Shown here one piece after another: positions 29,290-38,549 of a stretch of DNA of 64,000 nucleotides; position 1 is the stretch's first letter; the number at the start of each line of letters is the position of its first letter. Source of the DNA: Polyangiales bacterium (lineage in GTDB: Bacteria > Myxococcota_A > Polyangia > Polyangiales > Ga0077539); assembly GCA_044229975.1 (NCBI GenBank), contig JBGARZ010000001.1, positions 448,001-512,000 of the forward strand. Reading direction: 5' to 3'. The notes below the pieces were generated by a model that ran no database searches, was not told the DNA's origin, and saw only the letters and a list, made by a program, of their open reading frames with translations. The translations under genes were made by a program, and so were the position numbers.

Positions 29290-30243
29290 TCAGCCCAGCC
29301 GCATCGGCAGCGGCATGAAGAGCAGCACGAAGAGCGCGAGGCTGAGCGCGGCGATGGCCTTGCGCGCGGGCGTGAGCTCGTCGTCGCCTGCGGGCGGGTG
29401 CTCGTCACCAGAGAGCCGCAGAACCACGCGCGTGACCAGCGCCCACGGGCCCCAGATGAGCGCCGGCTGGAAGTGGCCGAGGCTGAGCTGCCCGTGGGGC
29501 GTGGTGAGCGCGATGTACCCGCAGAGCGCGGCCGCGTAGACGAAGAGCGCGGAGATGAACCAGCGGGACCAGCGATCGGCGCGCGGCCCGAAGAGCGCGT
29601 AGGTGATGTGTCCGCCGTCGAGCTGACCCACGGGGAGCAGGTTGAGCATCGTCATGAAGAGGCCCGTCCAGCCGGCGAAGGCGACGGGGTGGAGCTGCAC
29701 GTCGTAGCCGTGGGGGATCGGGCCGCACACGACGCGCTTGAGCAGGAGGTAGAGCAGCGCGTCGCCCTCCAGCAGACCGCCGGGCGTGAGCGGCTCGACG
29801 GGAGAGAGCGCGAGGCCGACGGCCGTGATGGGGATGGCCAGGAGGAGGCCCGCGAGGGGGCCCGCGGCGCCGATGTCGACCAGCGCGTTGCGGCTGCCGA
29901 TGGGGTGCATGGAGATCACCGCGCCCATGGTCCCGAGCTGGTTGGGGAAGGGGACGAACATCGGCAGGCTCGCGGGCACCCGGTGGCGGCGCGCGAGCAC
30001 GTAGTGACCGAGCTCGTGGGTCACGAGGATCGCCAGCAACGGCACCGCGAAGCGCCAGCCCTGACCAAGCGCCCAGCCGAGCGTGCGGAGCGCGGCGACG
30101 AGGCCGTGACGGTTGTAGGCGAGGGAGACGAAGTCCTCCGGCGCGCGAGAGAGCGTCTGCGAAGCGCCCGCGTAGAAGACGCTCGCCACCGTCGCGACGA
30201 AGAGCGCCGCCGGGAGCAGCACGCGAGGGCGCTCGTCGCTCAT
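29290..30243 (-). CDS. site-2 protease (M50)
   Basis: HELGH, AGPLAG, NLLPVGQLDGGH. Confidence 0.92.
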   Translation of the reverse strand: MSDERPRVLLPAALFVATVASVFYAGASQTLSRAPEDFVSLAYNRHGLVAALRTLGWALGQGWRFAVPLLAILVTHELGHYVLARRHRVPASLPMFVPFPNQLGTMGAVISMHPIGSRNALVDIGAAGPLAGLLLAIPITAVGLALSPVEPLTPGGLLEGDALLYLLLKRVVCGPIPHGYDVQLHPVAFAGWTGLFMTMLNLLPVGQLDGGHITYALFGPRADRWSRWFISALFVYAAALCGYIALTTPHGQLSLGHFQPALIWGPWALVTRVVLRLSGDEHPPAGDDELTPARKAIAALSLALFVLLFMPLPMRLG

Positions 30244-30746
30244 CGCGACGGAGTCTCCCGGTGCCAGCGCGCGCGGGCCAGCGACAGCGACTCGGCCCAG
30301 TCGGCGACGACCCGGCCGCGCTCGGTCTCCACCGCCACGCAGCCGCGGGGAATGGAGGGGTCAGCGGCGACGTCGATCCACTCGATGGGCTCGTCGGCGG
30401 AGAGCGCGGCGGCCACGGAGCGACGCGCATCGATGACGTCGTCGGGGTGGACGCAGACGAGAAGGCGCCGCGCGCCGCGGGCTCGCGCGAGGGCCTGCGA
30501 CGTGAGCGCGTCGAGGGTCGACGGGTCGACGCGAACGGCGTGGCCGATGATTCCCTCCGCGACGTCGAAGGCCAGCGTCGCGAGCGCCTCGCGGCCGGCG
30601 ACGAGGGCGTCGTCGTAGCGAGCGCGCGCGGCCAGCTCCCACGCGACGACGGAGGCGGCGACCTCGGAGCGTGCGCGGTGGGAGAGCGATCGACGCGCGA
30701 GGGCGTCGGAGGCCCGGACGATGGTCAGGCCGCCCGCGCCGCTCAT
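30240..30746 (-). CDS. FliH/SctL-like protein
   Basis: LA..VAE.IIG, VHP.D, AD..I..G...VETE.G.V.A; ATGA overlaps on both sides. Confidence 0.65.
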   Translation of the reverse strand: MSGAGGLTIVRASDALARRSLSHRARSEVAASVVAWELAARARYDDALVAGREALATLAFDVAEGIIGHAVRVDPSTLDALTSQALARARGARRLLVCVHPDDVIDARRSVAAALSADEPIEWIDVAADPSIPRGCVAVETERGRVVADWAESLSLARARWHRETPSR

Positions 30747-31312
30747 GGCGAACACACCGCCGCGGCCAGCGCGCGACAGTCGGCGGCGCGGTCGTTCATG
30801 CGAAGCGCGCGCTCGATGCGCGGCAGCATCGGGCCCGACAACGACGCGCGCAGCGCGAGCGACTCCAGCAGCGACGACCACTCGGGGAGCGTCAACGGGC
30901 GGCCCGCGACGTCGCGCGCACATCGCATCAGGAAGGTCGCGGTGGAGCGGCCCGCGCCGTCCAGCACCGGAGCCGTGGGGAGCGCGGTGCGAAGTGCCGA
31001 GAGAGCGGAGGGGCCGAGCTGGCGCACGAAGGGATCGCGGTCGGCCGCATCGAGCGAGCGCACCCACGCGGCGATGAAGCGGGCGCCCGTGCGATCGGAT
31101 GCGTCGGACTCGCGCGGCGGGGCGAGCAGGCGGAGCCCGGCGACGGCCAGCGAACGGGCCCGCGCGGCGCGGCTCTCGCCCGATCGGAGCGAGCGGGCGG
31201 TGGCCACGAGGCGTGTGCCCTCGGCGGCGTCGAAGACCGGGGCGAGGTGCGCGCCGTCGTCGCCCGCGAGGGCGAGGGTGAGCGCCGCGGCGTCCATGCG
31301 TCGGGAAGACAT
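30743..31312 (-). CDS. hypothetical Ala/Arg-rich protein
   Basis: Stop overlaps the ATG of the FliH/SctL-like gene; start uncertain (31312 or 31297). Confidence 0.5.
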   Translation of the reverse strand: MSSRRMDAAALTLALAGDDGAHLAPVFDAAEGTRLVATARSLRSGESRAARARSLAVAGLRLLAPPRESDASDRTGARFIAAWVRSLDAADRDPFVRQLGPSALSALRTALPTAPVLDGAGRSTATFLMRCARDVAGRPLTLPEWSSLLESLALRASLSGPMLPRIERALRMNDRAADCRALAAAVCSP

Positions 31313-31361
31313 GGGAGGGGGAGGCGCAGCCTGACACGACGGAGGCGCCCGGCACCAGCGG

Positions 31362-32717
31362 TTGAAAACTCGCGTGACGACCCGCTGCCGCGCTATCGGC
31401 GAGAGGGTGCGGCACACGCGAGTCGGACTCCACCACTGGTTGCTCGGGCTGCTCGTCGCAGGCGCGCTCTGCCTCGCCCTGCCCCGCCTCGCCCTCGCGT
31501 GGACCGAGGCGCGGCCGGGTGATGCGGTCACGGAGTTCGAGCTCGGTGCGGATGGCAACGCCGTGGTCACCCAGCGGGTGCGCTGGCGCGTGCTCGCGGG
31601 GCGTCTCCATGAGTTCGAGCTGACGGAGCTTCCGGCCGACCTCTCGCTCATCGAGGCGACCGCCAACACCGCAACGGGAACGCCCGTCCCCATCACCGTG
31701 CGCGGCACCACGCCCGGTCGCTTGACGGTCACCCTCGGCGACCCCGGCGTCGGGCTCGCCCGCGGCTCCGTCGACGTCGTGCTGCGCTACGGCACCTCGC
31801 TGCGCGCGCAGGGCGCCATCCGTCGCACCGACGGCGACGCCATCATCGAGCTGCACGCCTGCCCCTGGGAGCGCGGGATGGAAGCCACCGAGCTGCGTGT
31901 CTCGCTACCCAGCGCCGAGCGGCGCGCCCGCTGGATCGCCGACGACGTCGACGGCGTCGACGCCACCGTCAACACCGAGCTCTCTCGCGACGTGCTCCGC
32001 ACCATGCGCCGCCATGTCCCCACGGGCGTCACGTGGACGGCCCGCGTCGCGGTCGACCCGGCGGTGTTTCCGTGGCTGTCGGCGGGCGCTCCGCGACCGA
32101 CGGCCCGCCCGGTGCGCCGCGCTCCGTGGTCGCCGCTCTCGCTGGTCTATGGCCTCGGCCTCGCCGCGGTGCTGCTCATCGCCGCCCAGGCCCTGCGCCG
32201 CCTCGAAGGCCCCGCACGCCTCACCCTCCCCCGCGCGCTGCGCCCGCTCCCGGCGCTGCTCGCGATCGGCGCCGCGACGGCCCACTCCTTCGCCCTCACC
32301 GGCACCCAGGGATGCGTCTCCGTGGGCACGGCCTGCCTCCTCGGGGCGGTCGTGCTCTCGCTCCCGCGCCGCGCCACGGGAGCGCGTCGCCGGGCGTCGC
32401 CATGGATCACCTGGGGTCGTCGCGTCGTGCTCGCCGCGCTCGCGGTCGGCTTCGTGCTGGCCGTGCGCGCCCGGTCGACGCCCGGTCTCATCGGCGCGCT
32501 CGACCTCGCCACGCTCGTCGTCGCCTCGATGGCCGTCTCGCTGCTGCGGACGCCCGTCGCGGTGCCGCGGCCTGCGATGCGCGCCCCGATGGTGTCGGCG
32601 ACGCGCTCGCTGGGCCTCGACGACCTTCTCGTCAGCGCTTCGGCTGGAGCCGCTGGTGGAACATCTTCAGCGCATCGTCGACCTTCTTCACCGCGGAGCG
32701 CACCGCCGCCGGCTTGA
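31362..32717 (+). CDS. hypothetical membrane protein (periplasmic beta domain plus TMs, DUF2207-like layout)
   Basis: Signal-like segment, beta-rich region, several C-terminal TMs; start uncertain. Confidence 0.6.
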   Translation: MKTRVTTRCRAIGERVRHTRVGLHHWLLGLLVAGALCLALPRLALAWTEARPGDAVTEFELGADGNAVVTQRVRWRVLAGRLHEFELTELPADLSLIEATANTATGTPVPITVRGTTPGRLTVTLGDPGVGLARGSVDVVLRYGTSLRAQGAIRRTDGDAIIELHACPWERGMEATELRVSLPSAERRARWIADDVDGVDATVNTELSRDVLRTMRRHVPTGVTWTARVAVDPAVFPWLSAGAPRPTARPVRRAPWSPLSLVYGLGLAAVLLIAAQALRRLEGPARLTLPRALRPLPALLAIGAATAHSFALTGTQGCVSVGTACLLGAVVLSLPRRATGARRRASPWITWGRRVVLAALAVGFVLAVRARSTPGLIGALDLATLVVASMAVSLLRTPVAVPRPAMRAPMVSATRSLGLDDLLVSASAGAAGGTSSAHRRPSSPRSAPPPA

Positions 32718-33204
32718 AGTCGAGCTTCAACGCGAAGACCGAGACCTCGGCGTCGAGCCAGCCGGGGTCGACCTTGCCCTGGGCGATCTCGCTCGCGCGG
32801 CGGCCCTTGTACTCCACCTTCTCGATGGCGAAGACGCGCTGCCGGAAGGCCTCGTAGGTCACGTCGTCGAGCGACTCGCGAAACACCGCGAGGTCGTCGC
32901 CCGCGCTCTCCACCAGCTCGGGGATGCGGTCGCGCCACGCGTCGAAGCGGTCGGGCGCCTCGCGGCGGACCTCGTCGAGGCCGATGCGCAGAGCCAGCGC
33001 GTCGTCGAGGTAGCCCATCACACCAATGGAGTCGGGGATCACGTCCCCGGGCATCAGCGCGTAGAACACCGCGCCGTGCACCTTCTCGCGCAGCGCGTCG
33101 CTGAGCTCGGGGTCATCGCACGCCACGCGGAAGTACTCCTTGAAGTCCATCTGAAGGCCGGTGAGCCACTTCTCTGCGATCGCATCCAGAACGTCGGTCG
33201 ACAT
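32632..33204 (-). CDS. DUF1232/YkvA family protein
   Basis: Y...P.D.IPD.IG..GYLDD motif. Confidence 0.8.
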   Translation of the reverse strand: MSTDVLDAIAEKWLTGLQMDFKEYFRVACDDPELSDALREKVHGAVFYALMPGDVIPDSIGVMGYLDDALALRIGLDEVRREAPDRFDAWRDRIPELVESAGDDLAVFRESLDDVTYEAFRQRVFAIEKVEYKGRRASEIAQGKVDPGWLDAEVSVFALKLDFKPAAVRSAVKKVDDALKMFHQRLQPKR

Positions 33205-33266
33205 GATGGCGCGACCATACCGCAAGGTGCCGCCGCGACACCACGCCATCGGGAGACGGTGGAGGA

Positions 33267-36200
33267 TCACTTCTCCGTGAGGGTCTCGACGCCGTCCCAG
33301 CCGGGCGGCGCGCGGTCGAGGCCCGACACGCCGAGGCGCCTCAGGAAGTGCTTCGGGAGCGGATCGTCGGGCACCTCCTCCTGGCACCGGACGAAGCCCC
33401 GCCTCGCCGCCGCGAGGTCTCCCGCGAAGAAGGCGTCCAGCGCCGCTTCGTGCGTCTCCAGGGTGCGACGCCGGGCGTCACGGATGGCCTCGGGTTCGCC
33501 GTCGAGCACCTCGTACAAGGTCAACGACTGCTGCCTGCCCACCACCCGCACGCGCCCCACCCGCCGCGTGGCGTAGCGCTCCGGGGCGCGCATGCGCTGC
33601 ATCGTCGACTCGGAGATGAGCACGCCGGCCTCGTAGCGACGGGTGAGGCCCTCGACGCGCGCGGCAAGGTTCACCGGGTCGCCGACCACCCCGCACTTCA
33701 ACGAACGACCGCCGCCGAGCGTCGCGAGCATGACCGTCCCCGTGTTGATGCCGACGCCCGTACGCACCGGCGCGAGGCCCTGCTCGCGGCGGGTGGCGTT
33801 GAAGCGCTCCAGGGCGCGGTGCATCGCCACGGCGCCCGCGACGGCGTCGTCGGCGTTGGAGCCCGCGGCGTCGAAGAGGGCCATGACCCCGTCGCCCAGG
33901 TAGGTGTCGACGAAGCCGCCGTTGCCCTGGATCGCCGGCTCGGCCACCGCAAAGTACGAGTTGACGAAGGTGAGCGCCTCGACCGCGGGCAGCCGCTCGG
34001 TGAGCGACGTGAACCCGCGGATGTCCGAGAAGAACACCGAGACCTCCTTCATGGCGTGGTCGCCCAGCTCGACCCCGACGATGTCGTCGCGGTCGAGGCT
34101 GCGGAGGAATTGGTACGGCACGAAACGATCCTGCGCGGCGTGCAGGCGGGCGTTGTGCACCGAGATGGCCACCTGCGGGGCGAGCACCTCCAGCACCCTC
34201 ACCCGCGCCGCCGTGAAGGCCCCCGCGGACAGGTCATTCTCGAAGTAGAGCACGCCCATGTCGCGCCCCTGGTGCTGCACCGGCGCGCACAGCACCGAGC
34301 GCGGACGCACCCGCTGGAGGTACGCGTCGCCCGCAAACTCCGGGGCCGCCGTGATGTCGTCGTGCACCTCCGCCACGCCGCGCCGGGACACGCGACGCAC
34401 CACCGTGGGCGGCACCCGCGCGCCGTCCTCGAAGGCAACACCACCGGGCAGGGTGACGGCGCCGCCGTCATCGGAGGTTCCTTCGGCTTCGATGACCAGC
34501 GCGCCGCGGGAGCGCAGGAGGAGGACACCGCGGCGGGCGCCCACGCTCTCCAGCAGGATGCTCATGGCGCGGGTGAGCAGGCGGTCGAGGTTGACCTCGC
34601 CCGAGATGGCCTGTGATGCCTTGAGCAGCGTGTCGAGGTCGAGCGTCGGGTCGGTGCGCGGCGCGCTCGCCGGAATCGCGGGCGCGAGGAGGTCACCGTG
34701 CAGGACGTCGATCTGCGCGACCTTCGCCGTCGCGCCCCAGCGCTGCCACGCGAAGCGCGCTTCGAGGAGGTACGCGCGGGCCACGCTGCGGGCGCCGCGG
34801 CCGAGGTGGAAGAGCCCCGCGCGCTCGTTGGCCAGCGCCTCGTCGTGGACGAAGCCGTTGGCCGCGGCGCGCGCGATGGCGTCGTCGAAGCGGGTGATGG
34901 CCGCGCCGACGTCGCCCTCCACCCGCGCGAGCTCGGCGTCGAAGAGGCTCAGCAGATGGCCGGCGTTGTCGGGTGCGCGATCGGCCGCGGCGGCGACCTC
35001 GACGCGCCAGACGCGCACCGCGGCGATGCGCTGGGCGCGGTCATCGAGGGAGAGCTCGTCCAGGCACGACAGCTCGGCGACGGCGGCGAGCACCCGCATC
35101 GCGCACTGGTAGACGATGGCCACCGCGCCGTCCTGAAACTCGAAGACCAGCCGAGCGGCCTCGGTGGCGCCGCGGTAGTCGCGGAAGATCACCCGCGCCG
35201 ACAGCATGCACACCGCCAGCACCAGGGCCGCCGCGCGGAAGCCGGTCTCGCGGTAGCGCGCGAGGCAGGTGGCCTCGTCGTAGTCGTCGTCGACGAGGCG
35301 CGAAGGGTTGGACGAGGCGCCGCGCAGGCAGCGCACGAGCAGGGCGATCTGCGCGGTGCAGTGGTAGGCGGCGTCGAGGCGGTGCTGGCGCATGAGCGCC
35401 GTCGCGCGACCGAGGCTCGCGGACTGCGCGTCGAGGCCGAGGCCCGAGAAGTAGCCGTACACGGACTGAGCGTGGAGGACCCAGCCGGCGTACTCGAGGT
35501 CGCCCGCGTCCATGAGCGAGCGCGCGAGCTCGGCGGCGGTGGCGTGGACGGGGCGCAGGGGTTCGGTCCACGGGCGGACGAAGTGGTTGACGACGTGGCG
35601 GGTGCGGGCGCCCGCGGCGGGGTCGGGGAGGCGTTCGAGGAGGCGCAGCGCGAGGCGGCCGTACTCGTAGCCGAGGCCGAGGTGCCAGCCCGCGCAGAGG
35701 CTCAGCGCCAGCACCGCGAAGCCGTAGCTGGACTCCCGCGACGCGCCCCGCTGCACCGTGCGCATCACGAGCTGCGCGCTGAGCAGCGGCAGGAGGTTGG
35801 GCGTCGCGACGTAGCTCGCCGACGAGATGCCCACGAGCATCTGGCGCGCGGCCTCCTCCAACGGGTCGTCGACCAGCGGGAGGGCCGCGAGCTCATCGGG
35901 CGTGCGGTGCCCGATGGCCGCGAGGGCGGCGCCGATGCCCGCGACGACGTCGGCGTGCGTGGGGTTGCGCGGCAGCGAGATGCCTACGCCTTCGAGGGCC
36001 GCGAGGGCGGCGGTGATGCCTTCCTGGAGTTCCCAGCGGGCGATCTGCGCCTGGATGAGCACCCAGCCCGCGTGCAGGTGATCGATGGGCCCGCCCGCTC
36101 GCGCCCGCAGCGCTTCGACGCGCGAGCGCATGAGCGCGTGCTCGCCCACCAGCCAGGCCGCCCGCGCCGCCAGCAGCCAGGTCGACCGCGCCCGCACGGG

Positions 36201-38540
36201 GTCGCGCTCCCACTGCGACGGGCCCGCGAGGTCGATGGCCGCTTCGAGGAGCTGGTGCGCCGTGGCGTACGCGGCGTTTTGCAGGGCACGACGACCGGCT
36301 TCGAGGTCGAGGTCGGCGATGGCGGCGCGCTCGGCGGGGTCATCGACGAGATCGAGCGCGGCGTTGAAGTGACCGGCGAGGCGGAAGAGGTCGGCCTCGG
36401 GTGAGGCCGCGGCGAGGCGGGCGCGCATGGCGCGGGCGATGGCGAGGCGGGTGCGCGCGGTCTCGTCGGCCGAGAGAAGCTCGCCCGCGGCTTGTTGGAT
36501 GCGATCGTGGACGAAGGCGAACTCCAGGTCGGGCGCGAGCGCGACGCCGGTGTCCCAGTAGTCGTCCTGCACCGGGACGACGAAGCGCCGGTCGACGGCG
36601 ACGCGGAGAGCATCACGCAGGTCGGCGGGCGAGAGCTGCGTGGCGGCGCGCACGAGCGCGAGGTCGAAGCGGGAGCCCACCCACGCGGCCGCGGAGAGGC
36701 AGCGGCGGGCGTCGCCCGAGAGGGCGTCGAGGTCGCGGCGGAGGAGCACCACGACGTTGTCGGTGATGGCGTGGGCGCGGACGGCGGGGAGGTCCCAGCG
36801 CCACGCGAGGGCGTCGCGGTCGAAGCGCAGCGCGCCGGTGGTGCCGAGCTCCTCGACGAGGCGGCGCAGGAAGAAGGGGTTACCGGCGGTCTTGGCGTGC
36901 AGCAGCGCGGCGAGGTCGGCGGTGGTCTCGGCGGGCACGCGCAACGCGTCGGCGAGGATGCGTCGGACGTCGGCCACGAGCAGGGGGCCGAGGTGCAGGC
37001 GCTCGACGCGGGTTCCGGAGGCGCGGAGCGCGTCGATGGTGGGGACGAGGGCGTGGTCGTGGGAGACGTCGGTGTCGCGCCACGCACCGACGAGGAGGAG
37101 GTGGCTGAGGTCGGGGTCGCGGAAGAGCGTCTCGATGAGGCGCAGCGAGGCGAGGTCGGCCCACTGGAGGTCGTCGAGGAAGAGCACCACCGCGCGACCG
37201 GGCTGGGCGACGACGCGGAAGGTGCGGCGGAAGGTCTCCTGCACGCGCTGCTCGGACTCGGTGGGGTCGAGCTCGGCGAGGGGTGGCTGTGGACCGAGCA
37301 GGGCGCCCGCGCCGGCGACCATGTCCGTGAGCAGACGACCGTTGGGGCCGAGCGCTTCGAGGAGGCGGTCGCGCCACGCCGTCACGCCCGCGAGCGGTTC
37401 GGAGAGGGCGTCGCGGAAGAAGCCCGCGAGCGCCTGCGACAGCGCCGCGAAGGGGACGCCGCGCGAGTACTGATCGAACTTGCCGAGGAGCAGACGCGCG
37501 CCCGCGACGGTGGCCGGGCGGTGCAGCTCGAACACCAGCGACGTCTTGCCGATGCCGGGTTCGCCGGAGAGGAGCACCGCGCCGCGGGCGCCGCCGACGG
37601 TGTCGTCGAGGGCGGCGGTGAGTCGCGCGAGCTCGGCCTCGCGGCCGTGGAGGTCTTGCGGAAACTCCAGGCGCGCGCTGAGCGATCGGCCGACGAGCTG
37701 AACGCTCGGCGCCGCGACGCCGAGCGCGACGGCGTCGAGGCAGCGGCGCAGGTCGAGGGCGACCCCGGCGGCGCTCTGGTAGCGCTCCTCGGGGCGCTTG
37801 CGCAGCAGGGTCATCACGATCTCGGCGACGGCGGGCGGGAGCGCACGAACCCGTGGGCCGAGCGGCGCAGGCTCGCGGGCGAGGTGCGCGTGGACGAACT
37901 CCAAGAGGTCGGCGCACTCGAAGGGGGTGCAGCCGGCGAAGAGCTCGTAGAGCGTCGCGCCGAGGGCGTAGAGGTCGGCGCGGGCGTCGACGGCGCGGTT
38001 CATCCGGCCGGTCTGCTCGGGCGCGAGGTAGGCGGGCGTCCCTTCGATGGCGGACAGCGGGCGCGGGCTCGCGACGCCGTGGCTGAGCCGCGACGAGAGG
38101 CCGAAGTCGATGAGCCGCACCTCGCCCGTCGCCATCGACACCAGGAGGTTGGAGGGGTTGATGTCGCGGTGCAGGACGTCCTGCGCGTGGATGCGCTCGA
38201 TGCCTTCGGCGACGCGCAACGCGAGCGAGACGGACTCCGCCACGCCGAGGGCGCGACCCGCGAGCAGCGAGCTCAAGGGGACGTCGCCGCGGTCGTCCAT
38301 CACGATCTGCGCGACGCCGTCGTGCACCTCGAAGCCCACCACGCCGGGCGCGCCGACGCCGCCGACGGAGGCGAGCATGTCGTGCTCCCGACGGAAGCGC
38401 GCGAGCTCGGCGTCGGCAGGGAAGGCGCCGCGGAGCTGCTTGACCACCACCATGCGCTGATCGGAGCGACGGCGCGCGCGGGTCACCCGGCTGTGGGCTC
38501 CCTCGTGCAGCACCTCGACGTGTTCGTAGACGGCTTCCAC
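33267..38540 (-). CDS. Ser/Thr kinase - AAA ATPase - GAF - class III nucleotide cyclase, 1757 aa
   Basis: HRDINPSN/DFG/APE; GEPGIGKT and FLDDLQWAD; GAF (RSVLCAP...GVLYFEN...F); FSDIRGFT, GDGVMALF, GDPVNLAARVE. Confidence 0.92.
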   Translation of the reverse strand: MEAVYEHVEVLHEGAHSRVTRARRRSDQRMVVVKQLRGAFPADAELARFRREHDMLASVGGVGAPGVVGFEVHDGVAQIVMDDRGDVPLSSLLAGRALGVAESVSLALRVAEGIERIHAQDVLHRDINPSNLLVSMATGEVRLIDFGLSSRLSHGVASPRPLSAIEGTPAYLAPEQTGRMNRAVDARADLYALGATLYELFAGCTPFECADLLEFVHAHLAREPAPLGPRVRALPPAVAEIVMTLLRKRPEERYQSAAGVALDLRRCLDAVALGVAAPSVQLVGRSLSARLEFPQDLHGREAELARLTAALDDTVGGARGAVLLSGEPGIGKTSLVFELHRPATVAGARLLLGKFDQYSRGVPFAALSQALAGFFRDALSEPLAGVTAWRDRLLEALGPNGRLLTDMVAGAGALLGPQPPLAELDPTESEQRVQETFRRTFRVVAQPGRAVVLFLDDLQWADLASLRLIETLFRDPDLSHLLLVGAWRDTDVSHDHALVPTIDALRASGTRVERLHLGPLLVADVRRILADALRVPAETTADLAALLHAKTAGNPFFLRRLVEELGTTGALRFDRDALAWRWDLPAVRAHAITDNVVVLLRRDLDALSGDARRCLSAAAWVGSRFDLALVRAATQLSPADLRDALRVAVDRRFVVPVQDDYWDTGVALAPDLEFAFVHDRIQQAAGELLSADETARTRLAIARAMRARLAAASPEADLFRLAGHFNAALDLVDDPAERAAIADLDLEAGRRALQNAAYATAHQLLEAAIDLAGPSQWERDPVRARSTWLLAARAAWLVGEHALMRSRVEALRARAGGPIDHLHAGWVLIQAQIARWELQEGITAALAALEGVGISLPRNPTHADVVAGIGAALAAIGHRTPDELAALPLVDDPLEEAARQMLVGISSASYVATPNLLPLLSAQLVMRTVQRGASRESSYGFAVLALSLCAGWHLGLGYEYGRLALRLLERLPDPAAGARTRHVVNHFVRPWTEPLRPVHATAAELARSLMDAGDLEYAGWVLHAQSVYGYFSGLGLDAQSASLGRATALMRQHRLDAAYHCTAQIALLVRCLRGASSNPSRLVDDDYDEATCLARYRETGFRAAALVLAVCMLSARVIFRDYRGATEAARLVFEFQDGAVAIVYQCAMRVLAAVAELSCLDELSLDDRAQRIAAVRVWRVEVAAAADRAPDNAGHLLSLFDAELARVEGDVGAAITRFDDAIARAAANGFVHDEALANERAGLFHLGRGARSVARAYLLEARFAWQRWGATAKVAQIDVLHGDLLAPAIPASAPRTDPTLDLDTLLKASQAISGEVNLDRLLTRAMSILLESVGARRGVLLLRSRGALVIEAEGTSDDGGAVTLPGGVAFEDGARVPPTVVRRVSRRGVAEVHDDITAAPEFAGDAYLQRVRPRSVLCAPVQHQGRDMGVLYFENDLSAGAFTAARVRVLEVLAPQVAISVHNARLHAAQDRFVPYQFLRSLDRDDIVGVELGDHAMKEVSVFFSDIRGFTSLTERLPAVEALTFVNSYFAVAEPAIQGNGGFVDTYLGDGVMALFDAAGSNADDAVAGAVAMHRALERFNATRREQGLAPVRTGVGINTGTVMLATLGGGRSLKCGVVGDPVNLAARVEGLTRRYEAGVLISESTMQRMRAPERYATRRVGRVRVVGRQQSLTLYEVLDGEPEAIRDARRRTLETHEAALDAFFAGDLAAARRGFVRCQEEVPDDPLPKHFLRRLGVSGLDRAPPGWDGVETLTEK

Positions 38541-38549
38541 GTTCGCCCC

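Noticed and set aside
32632..32717. 86-bp overlap of convergent genes as a frameshift or pseudogene
   Set aside because: Tail overlaps are common in high-GC genomes and no clear frameshift was seen.
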